Source: a bacterium (lineage in GTDB: Bacteria > Desulfobacterota > DSWW01). From it: a DNA stretch of 22,894 nt. This document shows, piece by piece, positions 16,282 to 22,894 of the stretch. The notes under the pieces were generated by a model. The model was given only the letters and a program-made list of their open reading frames with translations, was not told the DNA's origin and did no database searches. Each line of letters opens with the position of its first letter. Position 1 is the stretch's first letter. Both the position numbers and the translations under genes were made by a program. The DNA is taken from assembly GCA_040756235.1 (NCBI GenBank), contig JBFLZG010000025.1:1-22894 (forward strand), read 5' to 3'.

Positions 16282-18285
16282 TCAGATCTTGCCCCCGATG
16301 AGCCTGCCCTGATAGACCGCGTCCGCCACGTTGTGGGGCTTCCTGCAATCGCCGATCTCGTAGACTTCCGCGACCAGGGCACGGACCTCGTTGGCCGGTC
16401 CCGGATTGCGTTTTCTCAGGCCCGCGAGCACGACGGTGTCTGCTTCGATAAAGGAGATCCGGCCCGCCCCGTCCCTGACTCGAACCCCTCTTTCCTCCAC
16501 CTCTTCCACCCGTGTTCCCAGGAGAAGCTTCACGCCGCTCTCGGGCAGCATCTTCGTGGTGATTGGGAACCCCTTGAGCAGGCCCAGCCCTTCGAGCCCC
16601 AATGCCGGGGCTTCCCGGACAAGAGTCACCTGCCTGCCCTCCCCTGCCAGTTTCAGGGCCGTCTCCACGTCCCAGAACGCTCCCCCCAGCACGACCACTC
16701 TCGCGCCTGCCTCCGCCTTTTTCAAGAGCGCTTCATCCTCCGGCACCACGATCGGAAGGTCCCCACCCTTCACGTCCCTGGCCGGAGAGGACCCCGTGGC
16801 GACCACGGCTGCATCCGGCTTCAACTCTTCCACCACGGCCGGCGTGACTTCCGTGCCGAGCCGGATCTCGACACCCAGTTTCCTGAGCTGCCCGACATGC
16901 CATCTCGTGAAGGTCTGCCATTCCCTGGTGAGGGGGCTTGCCGATGCGACCCGGAGGAGTCCGCCCGGCTCCTTCTCCTTTTCGCACAGGGTCACCTTGT
17001 GGCCCCGCATCGCCAGGACCCTGGCCGCCTCCATGCCGGCGGGCCCGGATCCCGCAACGAGCACCTTCTTGACGGTCCCGGCGGCCGCGACCTTGGAAAG
17101 GAGCAGCTCTCTGGACAGCTCGGGGTTGATCGCGCACAGCCGGCCCCACGCCGAGGGCGTCATGCAGTAGCCGCAGGCGACACACATCCTCACGTCGTCG
17201 TACCTGCCCTCGAGCATCTTGCGCGGAAGGTCCGGGTCCGCCATGATCGGCCTCGCAAGGGCCGCAATGTCGCACCTTCCGTCTTCGACCGCCTTGACGA
17301 TCAGGCGCGGATCGCACAATCTGCCCGCCACCAGGACCGGCAGCTTCGTCATCTTCTTCACGGCTTCGCCGTGATGCAGGTAGCAGCCCCTGGGCGCGTA
17401 CATCGACGGGATGATGTAGTGGGGGGAGAGATCCAGGATGCCCGCCGACAGATCGATCGCGTCGGCGCCTGCCTCCTCGAGCCTGGGCACGATTTCCTTC
17501 ACCACGTCATCGATCCGAATCCCTGCCTCCCCGATCCCCTGGTCCCCCGGGATCCTGACGATCAGCGGGTAGTCCCTGCCGGCTGCGGCGCGCGCGGCCT
17601 GCAGGATCTCGCAGGGCAGCCGCATGCGGTTTTCCCAGCTGCCGCCGTACGCGTCGCTCCGCACGTTGGTGTGCGGCGACATGAAGTCCATGATGAGCGT
17701 CACGTTGGCGAAGTGGATGTTCACCGCATCGAAGCCCGCCCGCTGGGCCCTCAGGACCGCAAGGGCATGGAGCTTGACCACCCTGTCGATCTCCTCCCCG
17801 GTCAGCTCTCTCACCGGGGTCGGGCGGATCACCTGGGCCACGGACCACCTGCCCTGGTCCTTGCTGAACTCCCAGAAGGCAGCGCCCATGAAAGGCACCT
17901 TCGAGGACACCCCCAGGGGCAGCTTGCCGGTTCTCTGATACCCGTACCTCGCCACTCCCCTGCCGCCATGGTAGATCTGCGCGCATGCCCGGGCGCCCTG
18001 GATCTTGATGGTCTCGGCGAGTCTCCAGAGACCGAACAGAGATCGGTCATCCGCGATGGAGAGGACGCCGGGAAAGACCTCTGCGGCCGGGTCCGGGTCG
18101 ATGTTGGCCCCTCCCACGCAGACCATGCTCGCCCCGCCCCGGGCGTAGGTCTCGTTGATGGCCAGGTGGGCTTCGGTCGGCAACCCGTCGTAACACATTT
18201 CGTGCACGGTCGGCGCCATCACGATCCTGTGGTCCAGGGTCATGGATCCTATCTCGATCGGGCTGAAGACTTTCGCTTTCGCCAT
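16282..18285 (-). CDS. Old-yellow-enzyme family flavin/4Fe-4S oxidoreductase (FadH/BaiCD/NCR-like architecture)
   Basis: TIM-barrel motifs HRIVMAP, YARGGA, QIYHGG, AGFDAV.IH, TNVRSDAYGGSWENRMR, ARPIMADP. Fe-S motif CVACGYC-x9-CAINP; FAD motif VAGSGPAGMEAA; C-terminal IGDC. RBS GGAGAGAGG. Confidence 0.92.
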   Translation of the reverse strand: MAKAKVFSPIEIGSMTLDHRIVMAPTVHEMCYDGLPTEAHLAINETYARGGASMVCVGGANIDPDPAAEVFPGVLSIADDRSLFGLWRLAETIKIQGARACAQIYHGGRGVARYGYQRTGKLPLGVSSKVPFMGAAFWEFSKDQGRWSVAQVIRPTPVRELTGEEIDRVVKLHALAVLRAQRAGFDAVNIHFANVTLIMDFMSPHTNVRSDAYGGSWENRMRLPCEILQAARAAAGRDYPLIVRIPGDQGIGEAGIRIDDVVKEIVPRLEEAGADAIDLSAGILDLSPHYIIPSMYAPRGCYLHHGEAVKKMTKLPVLVAGRLCDPRLIVKAVEDGRCDIAALARPIMADPDLPRKMLEGRYDDVRMCVACGYCMTPSAWGRLCAINPELSRELLLSKVAAAGTVKKVLVAGSGPAGMEAARVLAMRGHKVTLCEKEKEPGGLLRVASASPLTREWQTFTRWHVGQLRKLGVEIRLGTEVTPAVVEELKPDAAVVATGSSPARDVKGGDLPIVVPEDEALLKKAEAGARVVVLGGAFWDVETALKLAGEGRQVTLVREAPALGLEGLGLLKGFPITTKMLPESGVKLLLGTRVEEVEERGVRVRDGAGRISFIEADTVVLAGLRKRNPGPANEVRALVAEVYEIGDCRKPHNVADAVYQGRLIGGKI

Positions 18286-18311
18286 GCGTGGACCTCTCTC
18301 CTGCATGTGCA

Positions 18312-19670
18312 CTACTTTTTTTCGTACGCCTTTTCGATGACCTTTTTCTTCTTGGTGAAGCGCTCCAGGGTGAGGGGCGGCACCCACTGGACCTTGGGCC
18401 GGATCTTGACCGCCCGGTGCATCTCTTCGCTCAGCTCCTCGGCGAGGGCCGCGAGATCTTCCTCCCGGGTCCCCTCCCCGTACTCCACCTTGAGCTTCAA
18501 GGGGGGCACCACTCGCGGAGGAGGCTCGTCCAGGACGATCCGGAACTCGCCCGTGACCCGGGGCACGAACCGGTTCACCACCCCTTCCACGGCAGGCGGG
18601 TAGATCATGACTCCCTTCACCTTGAGCATGTCATCGGTGCGGCCGATCACCCTGTAGCGGAACCCGGTGCGGCCGCACGGACATGGGGACACGGCCACCT
18701 CCATGATGTCGCCGATCGTCTGACGAAAACCGAGCAGCACCGTTCCGGCCAGGGTGGTGAAGACGGCCAGACCCCGGGCCCCGTCCTCCAGAGGCACCGG
18801 CTCGTGAGAATGCGGGTCGACCAGCTCCATGAGGATCAGGTCGTCACCGATCCAATGCATGCCCTGGTATTCCGGATGATCGCAAGAACAGCCGAGCCCC
18901 GCCCCCATGTCGTACAATTTGGCCCGAAAGGCGCCCTCGATCTTGCGGCGCACCTCGGGAATGCCGGCCCCCGGCTCGCCTCCGCAGATGATCACTTCGA
19001 GCCCGAGCCCCTCGGCGCCCGTGCCCACGACCGCGGCCGCCTTCTCCGCCATGTATTCGGCGAGCGAAGGCGTGCACATCATCGCCTTGGGACGGAACAG
19101 GCGTGCGTAGCTCAGCACCCGGTCCGTGCCCGCCTCTGCGCCCACCGGGATCACGCAGGCGCCGTATTCGGACAGGCACATGCACATGGGCACGCCTGCC
19201 AGGAACATGCTCAACCCGAAGGCCTGCAGGACCCTGTCGCCCGGGTAGATCCCGCAGCGCCACAGCGCCCGCGCTGTGAACTCGGCCCAGATTCCCAGGT
19301 CGCCTCTGTTCAAGGGGTAAGGCGTCGGGTCTCCGGTGGTGCCGGAGGTCGCCGCGATGCACAAGAGGCGACTCGCCTCCTCCTGTCCCATCCAGCCTTC
19401 CAGGATCCGATTCATGTCCCCGTCGCAGGAAGACGCGTACTCCCGGAATTGCTCCTTGGTCAGCACGGGGATGCGCCTGGAGAAATCGTCCCAGGTCCTG
19501 ATGTCCTCGGGCCTGACCCCCGCCTTTTCCATGCGCGCTCGCCAGAACGGGGCCCCTTCATAGAGGGCAGCCATCTTCTTCTTCAGCCTGTCCCACTGGA
19601 GCTCCCGCATGGCGGGCGAGTTGAGCATGCGCTCCGCTTCCATGTTCCAGTACGGGCGGCGCTCCGTCAT
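18312..19670 (-). CDS. Phenylacetate-CoA ligase-like (PaaK family) AMP-forming acyl/aryl-CoA ligase
   Basis: ATSGTTGDP, CTPSLAEY, GGEPGAG, GRTDDMLKVKGVMIYP. The ATG overlaps the meaB stop (ATGA). Confidence 0.9.
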   Translation of the reverse strand: MTERRPYWNMEAERMLNSPAMRELQWDRLKKKMAALYEGAPFWRARMEKAGVRPEDIRTWDDFSRRIPVLTKEQFREYASSCDGDMNRILEGWMGQEEASRLLCIAATSGTTGDPTPYPLNRGDLGIWAEFTARALWRCGIYPGDRVLQAFGLSMFLAGVPMCMCLSEYGACVIPVGAEAGTDRVLSYARLFRPKAMMCTPSLAEYMAEKAAAVVGTGAEGLGLEVIICGGEPGAGIPEVRRKIEGAFRAKLYDMGAGLGCSCDHPEYQGMHWIGDDLILMELVDPHSHEPVPLEDGARGLAVFTTLAGTVLLGFRQTIGDIMEVAVSPCPCGRTGFRYRVIGRTDDMLKVKGVMIYPPAVEGVVNRFVPRVTGEFRIVLDEPPPRVVPPLKLKVEYGEGTREEDLAALAEELSEEMHRAVKIRPKVQWVPPLTLERFTKKKKVIEKAYEKK

Positions 19671-20683
19671 GGCATGGCCCCCGTCGTTTCCCGCCTGCCG
19701 GGGAACAGGCGGGCGAGCAGGCGCTCGGAGGCGCCGTAGATGGTCTCCTGCCGCCTCGATACCCTGGCCGTGAACTCGTCGAGCTCCGCCTGGCCGATCG
19801 CCGTGCCGAGCATCCGGTCCAGGGTGCCGAGCTTGACCAGCTCCAGGATCTTGTCGCGGGCGATCCGTTCCTTCCTCAGGGCGAGCTCTCCTTCGGCGGC
19901 CATGTGGGAGCGGTGGCGCCGGATCGCCTCGAGCAGCCGGTCGATCCCCTCCCCCGTGATGCCGTTGGTCTTGAGCACCGGAGGCCGCCACGAGCGCCCG
20001 GAGGAGGGGTCGGTATCCAGCATGAGGTCGATCTGCAGGGCGATCTCCTCCCCGCCCTTGTCCATCTTGTTCACCACGTGGATGTCCCCGATCTCCATGA
20101 TCCCGGCCTTCTGGATCTGGATGAAGTCGCCCATGCCGGGCACGGAAACCAGCAGGATCGTGTAGGCGAGCTTCACGAATTCATAGTCGGTCTGCCCGGC
20201 CCCGCAGCTCTCCACGATCACGACGTCCTTGCCGAACGCCTCGTAGAGCCTGCAGATGTCGAAGGCGGCACGCGCCAGCCCTCCCGTGGCCCCGCGGGTA
20301 GCGATGCTGCGCACGAACACGGCCGGCACGCCGCTCAGCTGGTTCATGCGCACCCGGTCGCCCAGGAAGGCGCCTCCGGTGAACGGCGAGCTCGGGTCGA
20401 TCGAAAGGACGCCGACCGTCTTGCCCTCATCCGCGATCCCCCTGGCCAAGAGGTTCACCAGCGTGCTCTTGCCGGCGCCGGGGCTCCCGGTGATGCCGAT
20501 GATGTAGCTCTCCCTGCTCAGCTCCTCGGGGCAGAGGCGGTCGAAGATCGCCTTTGCCCCGCCCGGGTGGTTCTCCACGAACGTGATCAACCGGGCCAGG
20601 GCCGTGCGGTCCCGGTTGCGGAACGCATCGACCCAGCCGTCCAGGTCCCGCCGGCCGGACCTCGGAATGTCTGCAGCGATCAT
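19667..20683 (-). CDS. meaB: MeaB/ArgK GTPase metallochaperone of B12-dependent acyl-CoA mutase
   Basis: IGITGSPGAGKSTL, IDPSSPFTGGAFLGDRVRM, VPGMGDFIQIQKAGIMEIGD, VNKMD. RBS GGAGGAGG. Confidence 0.95.
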   Translation of the reverse strand: MIAADIPRSGRRDLDGWVDAFRNRDRTALARLITFVENHPGGAKAIFDRLCPEELSRESYIIGITGSPGAGKSTLVNLLARGIADEGKTVGVLSIDPSSPFTGGAFLGDRVRMNQLSGVPAVFVRSIATRGATGGLARAAFDICRLYEAFGKDVVIVESCGAGQTDYEFVKLAYTILLVSVPGMGDFIQIQKAGIMEIGDIHVVNKMDKGGEEIALQIDLMLDTDPSSGRSWRPPVLKTNGITGEGIDRLLEAIRRHRSHMAAEGELALRKERIARDKILELVKLGTLDRMLGTAIGQAELDEFTARVSRRQETIYGASERLLARLFPGRRETTGAMP

Positions 20684-20723
20684 GGCCTCCTCCACTTCCC
20701 GCTTCCCGCTTCCGAAGACGGTT

Positions 20724-20823
20724 CCCTCTCCCCCGCAACACGGGGGAGAGGGTCAGGGTGAGGGGGAAACACGAGCAGACGCACCCGTCATCCTGACCTT
20801 CTCCCCTCGGCGAGGGGAGAAGG
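20724..20823. repeat. Inverted pair of CCCTCAYCCTRACC-family REP-like palindromes
   Basis: CCCTCTCCCCCG-CAACA-CGGGGGAGAGGGTCAGGGTGAGGGGG (20724-20766) and 20781-20823, which is nearly identical to 12076-12118. Confidence 0.88.
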
Positions 20824-20856
20824 GATCAAAGATCGACACCTTTCCCACAGGCTGTG

Positions 20857-21297
20857 CTAGATCGCAGAGCCCGCCAGCATCTCACGGTCCCTCGCGTCGT
20901 GCCGGAGCCGGACGTTCTTGGTGATGAACTCCACGATCTCCGGAATCATGGTCCCGGGGCCGAACGCTGCCGAGACGCCCAGCTCCTTCAGCGCCGCGAA
21001 ATCGTCACACGGAATCGCCCCGCCCACGAGCACCATGAAATCCCCCCGGACGCCCTCCTGATCCAGCTTCTCCATCAGCCGCCGGGTGTAACCCACGTGA
21101 GCACCGGAGTGGATGCTCAGCCCGATCACGTCGATGTCCTCCTGGATCGCGGACTCCACGATCTCCTCCACCGACTGGAAGCCGCCGAAGATCACCTCCA
21201 TGCCCGCGTCCCTGAGGCCCCGCGAGATCGTCACGATCCCGCGCCAGTGCCCGTCCGTCCCCGGCTTCGACATCAGCACCCTGATCTTTCGCTCCAT
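20857..21297 (-). CDS. Cobalamin-binding small subunit of a split acyl-CoA mutase
   Basis: KIRVLMSKPGTDGHWRG (K-x3-DxHxxG), LRDAGMEVI, AIQEDIDVIGLSIHSGAH, VGGAIP, FGPGT. Confidence 0.93.
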   Translation of the reverse strand: MERKIRVLMSKPGTDGHWRGIVTISRGLRDAGMEVIFGGFQSVEEIVESAIQEDIDVIGLSIHSGAHVGYTRRLMEKLDQEGVRGDFMVLVGGAIPCDDFAALKELGVSAAFGPGTMIPEIVEFITKNVRLRHDARDREMLAGSAI

Positions 21298-21375
21298 GAC
21301 GATTCCCCGTTAGTAGCTGTTCAGACACTCAGCTGGCACCACTCGCCGCTTGGCAACTCCCTGACAACAGCGGAC

Positions 21376-21484
21376 ATTGCGAGGACCGAAGGTCCGTGGC
21401 AACCCCCCGGCTACCGGGATCGCCACGCTCGCAGTTTTCAGCAGTGGTCGGTGGACACGTCATCCGGCTTCGTCCACCCTACCG
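21376..21484 (-). repeat. Composite REP-like element, copy 2
   Basis: The - strand reads CGGTAGGGTGGACGAAGCCGGATGACGTGTCCACC...GTGGCGATCCC...GGTTGCCACGGACCTTCGGTCCTCGCAAT. Confidence 0.8.
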
Positions 21485-21515
21485 AGTGCTCTTGCCGCTG
21501 GCTGTGTCCACGTTC

Positions 21516-21622
21516 CGTCATCCCGGCCCAGGCTGCGCAGCGCGTGTGAGCCGGGATCCAGCAGACTGCCCTCAAAGAGTTCCCGGGAGCAGGAACTGGA
21601 TTCCGGCCTGCGCCGGAATGAC
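21516..21622. repeat. Inverted doublet of CGTC-type REP-like palindromes
   Basis: CGTCATCCCGGCCCA...GAGCCGGGATCCA (21516-21560) and TGGATTCCGGCCTGCGCCGGAATGAC (21597-21622). Confidence 0.85.
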
Positions 21623-21647
21623 CGAAACACCGCGCTCGCGGTCCGTG

Positions 21648-21697
21648 GCACTGGTTGGTGGACACGCCTTCGGCTGGGTCCACCCTGCCGAGTGCTC
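21648..21697 (-). repeat. GGTGGAC/GTCCACC REP-like palindrome; direct repeat of 21441-21491
   Basis: GCACTGGTTGGTGGACACG...GTCCACCCTGCCGAGTGCTC versus GCAGTGGTCGGTGGACACG...GTCCACCCTACCGAGTGCTC. Confidence 0.8.
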
Positions 21698-21728
21698 ACC
21701 GGCTCGCTCGCCACAGGATGCAGCCTGC

Positions 21729-22894
21729 CTAAACGACAATCGGCGGCTCCCAGATGCCCAGCACCTCCCGGTAGACGTTGCAGATCTCTCCGGTCGTGGC
21801 CAGCCGCGTCGCTTCCATCATCACCGGCATCACGTTCTCTCCGCTCGCCACCACTGCCCGGAGCCGGTCCATCACGCGCCCGTAGCGGCCCGCGTCCCTC
21901 TTCTGCCTGAGCCGGTCCACCCGCTCCTGCTCGATCCGCATCGCCTCCGGGTTGGTGCGGAACACGCACGGCACGTGGTACTCCTTGTTCCCCGCGTACA
22001 GGTTCACCCCGATCATCCCCTCCACCCCGGCCTCGATCGCCGCCTGCCGCTTCTTGAACGCGTCCCGCATCTCCCGATACAGCCACCCCGACTCCAGCGC
22101 CTTGACCACCCCGCCGGCGCGCGCGATCTCCTCCATGTACTTCCAGACCCGCTGCTCCAACTCCGCGGTCAGCGACTCCACGAAGTACGAGCCCGCCAAC
22201 GGATCGATCGTGTAGCCCACCCGCGTCTCGTCCTGGATCACCTGCTGCGTCCGCAACGCCACCAGCACCGCCTCCTCGCTCGGCAGGCAGATCGCCTCGT
22301 CGTAGCTGTTCGTGTGCATCGACTGGCAGCCCCCCATCACCGCCTCCAGCGCCTGGTACGCCGTCCGCACCACGTTCACCATCGGCTGCTGCGCGGTGAG
22401 CGAGCTGCCCGCGGTCTGGATGTGGAACCGGAACTCGTAGGAGCGCCGGTCCCGGCACCCATAGCGCTCCTTCATCAGCCGGTACCAGATCCGGCGCGCC
22501 GCCCGGAACTTGGCGACCTCTTCGAAGAAGTCCTTGTGCGCCGACAGGTGAAAGGCCAGCCGGCTCACGAACCCGTCCGGCTCGTGGCCGCGCTTGACCA
22601 GCTCGTCGATGTGCGCCGTCGCGTTCGAGAACACGAACCCCAGCTCCTGCACCGCGTCGATCCCCCCTTCCCGGTAGTTGTAGCCGGTGAAGTTGATCGG
22701 GTGCCAGAGCGGGACCTTCCCCTGGGCGGTCGTGAACTCGATCAGGTCGCAGGCAAACCGCAGCAGGTGCTGCGGCCCCACGTTCTTGTAAGGGACGTAG
22801 CCGAGCGTCTGCGTGAGGATGTCGTTCTGGGTCGTCCCGCGCACCGCCGCCAGATCCAGCCTCTTGTCCGTGCAGCAGTTGAAGTACATCGCGC
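21729..22894 (-). CDS. Adenosylcobalamin-dependent acyl-CoA mutase large (substrate-binding) subunit, methylmalonyl-CoA mutase family; 5' part lies outside the window
   Basis: GTTQNDIL, GYNYREGG..AVQEL, DFFEEVAKFRAARRIW, RFHIQTAGSSLTAQQP..N, GGCQSMHTNSYDEA..LP, DPLAGSYFVE.LT, IGVN, AT.GEI. The frame stays open to the window edge. Confidence 0.95.
   Translation of the reverse strand, partial: AMYFNCCTDKRLDLAAVRGTTQNDILTQTLGYVPYKNVGPQHLLRFACDLIEFTTAQGKVPLWHPINFTGYNYREGGIDAVQELGFVFSNATAHIDELVKRGHEPDGFVSRLAFHLSAHKDFFEEVAKFRAARRIWYRLMKERYGCRDRRSYEFRFHIQTAGSSLTAQQPMVNVVRTAYQALEAVMGGCQSMHTNSYDEAICLPSEEAVLVALRTQQVIQDETRVGYTIDPLAGSYFVESLTAELEQRVWKYMEEIARAGGVVKALESGWLYREMRDAFKKRQAAIEAGVEGMIGVNLYAGNKEYHVPCVFRTNPEAMRIEQERVDRLRQKRDAGRYGRVMDRLRAVVASGENVMPVMMEATRLATTGEICNVYREVLGIWEPPIVV

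Noticed and set aside
18312..19670. Assigning paaK and phenylacetate catabolism
   Set aside because: Family-level motifs only, no other paa/pad genes; the substrate cannot be read from sequence.
13975..19739. Long + strand ORFs (579, 789 and 483 aa)
   Set aside because: Antisense shadows of the thiolase, OYE and ligase genes.
11927..21728. CRISPR array or integron attC array
   Set aside because: The repeats are heterogeneous and irregularly spaced, with no cas or integrase gene.
21860..22460. Apparent excess of G-ending codons in the mutase 3' half as a sign of foreign origin
   Set aside because: Impression by eye only; cannot be quantified here.
21729..22894. Calling the mutase a standard methylmalonyl-CoA mutase (mutA/scpA) or a truncated gene starting at 22889
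   Set aside because: Specificity residues differ, and the frame is open to the window edge, so 22889 is an internal Met.

Overview
GC-rich bacterial DNA; the gene content suggests an anaerobic Gram-negative Deltaproteobacteria/Desulfobacterota-like organism (inference). It holds two convergent gene blocks. (1) A + strand operon (2296-11926): saccharopine-dehydrogenase-like enzyme, YCF48/BNR propeller protein, RND/MMPL transporter, DUF1302-like outer-membrane protein, DUF1329-like protein and a PuuB/DadA-like FAD oxidoreductase. It is divergent from a frameshifted wHTH-TolB-TPR regulator-like gene. (2) A - strand block (12230 to beyond the window end): split B12-dependent acyl-CoA mutase (large subunit runs off the edge, separate cobalamin-binding subunit), MeaB GTPase, PaaK-like CoA ligase, OYE-family flavin/Fe-S reductase, ferredoxin, DUF35 OB-fold protein and thiolase, followed by a transglutaminase-like gene and a GST. 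The best candidate for an undescribed system is the mutase block: the mutase lacks the methylmalonyl-CoA-specific residues, and the OYE reductase has lost both its catalytic Tyr and its NAD(P)H-binding glycine motif while sitting next to a ferredoxin. Intergenic spacers are dense with several REP-like palindrome families, including a 210-bp MITE-like element inserted into a REP loop and a ~108-nt composite element present in both operons. No tRNA, rRNA, CRISPR array or transposase was seen. All family calls are from motif recognition by eye, not from database searches.
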